From positions 1 to 64,000 of the forward strand of contig JBEUKZ010000094.1 of the NCBI GenBank assembly GCA_048128005.1: a stretch of 64,000 bases of DNA, given 5' to 3'. Within the stretch, counting starts at the first letter, position 1; each line of letters opens with the position of its first letter. Shown piece after piece: positions 62,321-64,000 of the stretch. The DNA is from Veleropilina oligotropha. Lineage: Eukaryota. Both the position numbers and the translations under genes were made by a program. The notes beneath the pieces were generated by a model that was not told the origin of the DNA, ran no database searches, and saw nothing but the letters and a program-made list of their open reading frames with translations.

Positions 62321-62464
62321 GTGTTGTCCTGCGGGAGTCGTGTGGGGCTGGGTTGTGTGGTGGTGATTATGTAATGATAAATTAATGAATTAAGCGGAGA
62401 AAGCGTGGAGCACGTGGTGTGCGGATGAAGGAAATAATTTGTTAAATTGTGTGTTTAGCTTTTA

Positions 62465-63060
62465 GAGCCTGATATAATTTGTGGAATTTGGCGTTCAGCT
62501 ATTGAGGCTGATATAATTTGTGGAATTTGGCGTTCAGCTATTGAGGCTGATATAATTTGTGGAATTTGGCGTTCAGCTACTGAGGCTGATATAAATTGTT
62601 GAAGTTAACGTTCAGCTTTTATTAGGCTGATGTGAATGGGTGACCTTAAAGTCAAGCCCTTGATAGACTGAGAAATTGTTGAATTGTGCGTTCAGCCTTA
62701 TTAAGCTGAAATAAATTGTTGAAGTTAACGTTCAGCTTTTATTAGGCCGATGTGAATGGGTGACCTTAAAGTCAAGCCCTTGATAGACTGAGAAATTGTT
62801 GAATTGTGCGTTCAGCCTTATTAAGCTGAAATAAATTGTTGAAGTTAACGTTCAGCTTTTATTAGGCCGATGTGAATGGGTGACCTTAAAGTCAAGCCCT
62901 TGGTAGACTGAGAAATTGTTGAATTCTGTGTTCAGCTTTATGAGCTGAAAGAAAGGGTTGAATTCTGTGTTCAGCTTTATGAGCTGAAAGAAAGGGTTGA
63001 ATTCTGTGTTCAGCTTTAGGAGTTGAAAGAAACGGTTGAATTCTGCGTTTAGCTTTATTG
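62465..63060. repeat. Composite tandem repeats in the LTR-element leader (~40 bp and 120 bp units)
   Basis: Repeated gctgatataatttgtggaatttggcgttcagc, 120-bp periodicity at 62590-62930, and gttgaattctgtgttcagcttt units. Confidence 0.85.
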
Positions 63061-64000
63061 AATACCACAGGTTGGAAAATAGACTGCACAGGCCTAGCAA
63101 CCCTGTGCCGTTGAGTATAATTAAGAGCACTGGTAAAGTATTCAATGTTGTAGGTAGTACGTGGAGGTGTCAGACTATTATCGAGATTTATTAACCCGGT
63201 ATTAAGTGGGACTTGATGCGATGGTTAGTGTGGGCGGTGTGGATGTACTCACGAGTGGCTTTAGGCGTGAGGCATCGGCATTACGTTTTTTTGAGCTCAC
63301 TCTTTGCCTTTAATGGGTGCGGATCTCCAGTGAAAGCGAGACAGTTCCTCGTGAATTTATAATATTGTAGAAAGTAGGTAAAGTCTGAAGCTTTCCCTTT
63401 GTACTGCTCTTCCCGTTCTCCTTTTTCCAAGGAGGGCCTCGTGAATTATATTTAGTTATATTTATTTTGATATTATTCTTGGAAGTTATTCTTTGATATT
63501 TAGTTTAATTTCTCTGCGGGTGGAAATACCACGCATAGATAGAGTTCTCCCTTGATAATATCCGGGTTGGGGGCTGGCCAGTGATTAAATCTTTTTGCGC
63601 GGACCGTTGCCTGAGTGCGGGTTGGAAGGGCCCTTGCATCTGGGTAGCCGTAGCGGGCTTGAGAATTGGTACTGTGCTTCCAGCAGGATACAGACCGGCG
63701 GTGGGGAGGCTCTGTGTATCTGCTCTTCAGTTTTTAGGGTAGCTTTGTGGGATTTTTTAGAGAATCACTGGTTAGGGGTTCGACCCAAATTATTGTCTAG
63801 TAGTTAATTAAGTAATGTATTGATCCGATCATTTAATTTTCCTTTAAGTGAAATTAATACATTCTCAATATGTCCGATACAGGGAGTGTGTCGTTAAAAG
63901 ACGACAGGGTATGTTGGCGTGATATCAGCCACCAGTTGAGCAAATTAAACAATGCAATGTTAAACCTGAAGAGGGATACTCCATCTATGAAAACGGATGA

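Overview
Eukaryotic, repeat-rich genomic DNA from an invertebrate, probably a mollusc or other lophotrochozoan (inference from the gene and repeat types). The backbone is a minus-strand metal-responsive transcription factor 1 (MTF1) gene. I could assemble 8 phase-consistent GT-AG coding exons from 57942 down to the stop at 15591, covering all six C2H2 fingers; the start exon was not found. The ~25 kb intron after finger 1 holds (i) two same-strand exons encoding an intact Myb/SANT-like DNA-binding protein, phase-compatible with the MTF1 finger-1 exon, and (ii) a nested stack: a SINE-head minisatellite, a DD37D/maT transposon inside it, and a full-length DIRS tyrosine-recombinase retrotransposon (ITRs, ICR, gag, RT, RNase H, methyltransferase, YR) inside that. 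An LTR with a tRNA-Ser primer-binding site starts near the right end. The most striking pattern is that several tandem arrays start at functional motifs. Two large arrays are amplifications of MTF1 exon-end/5' splice-donor junctions, a third repeats a donor behind an unassigned exon-like segment, and several others are amplifications of tRNA-SINE heads. Most long ORFs in the ORF track are read-through artefacts of these arrays.
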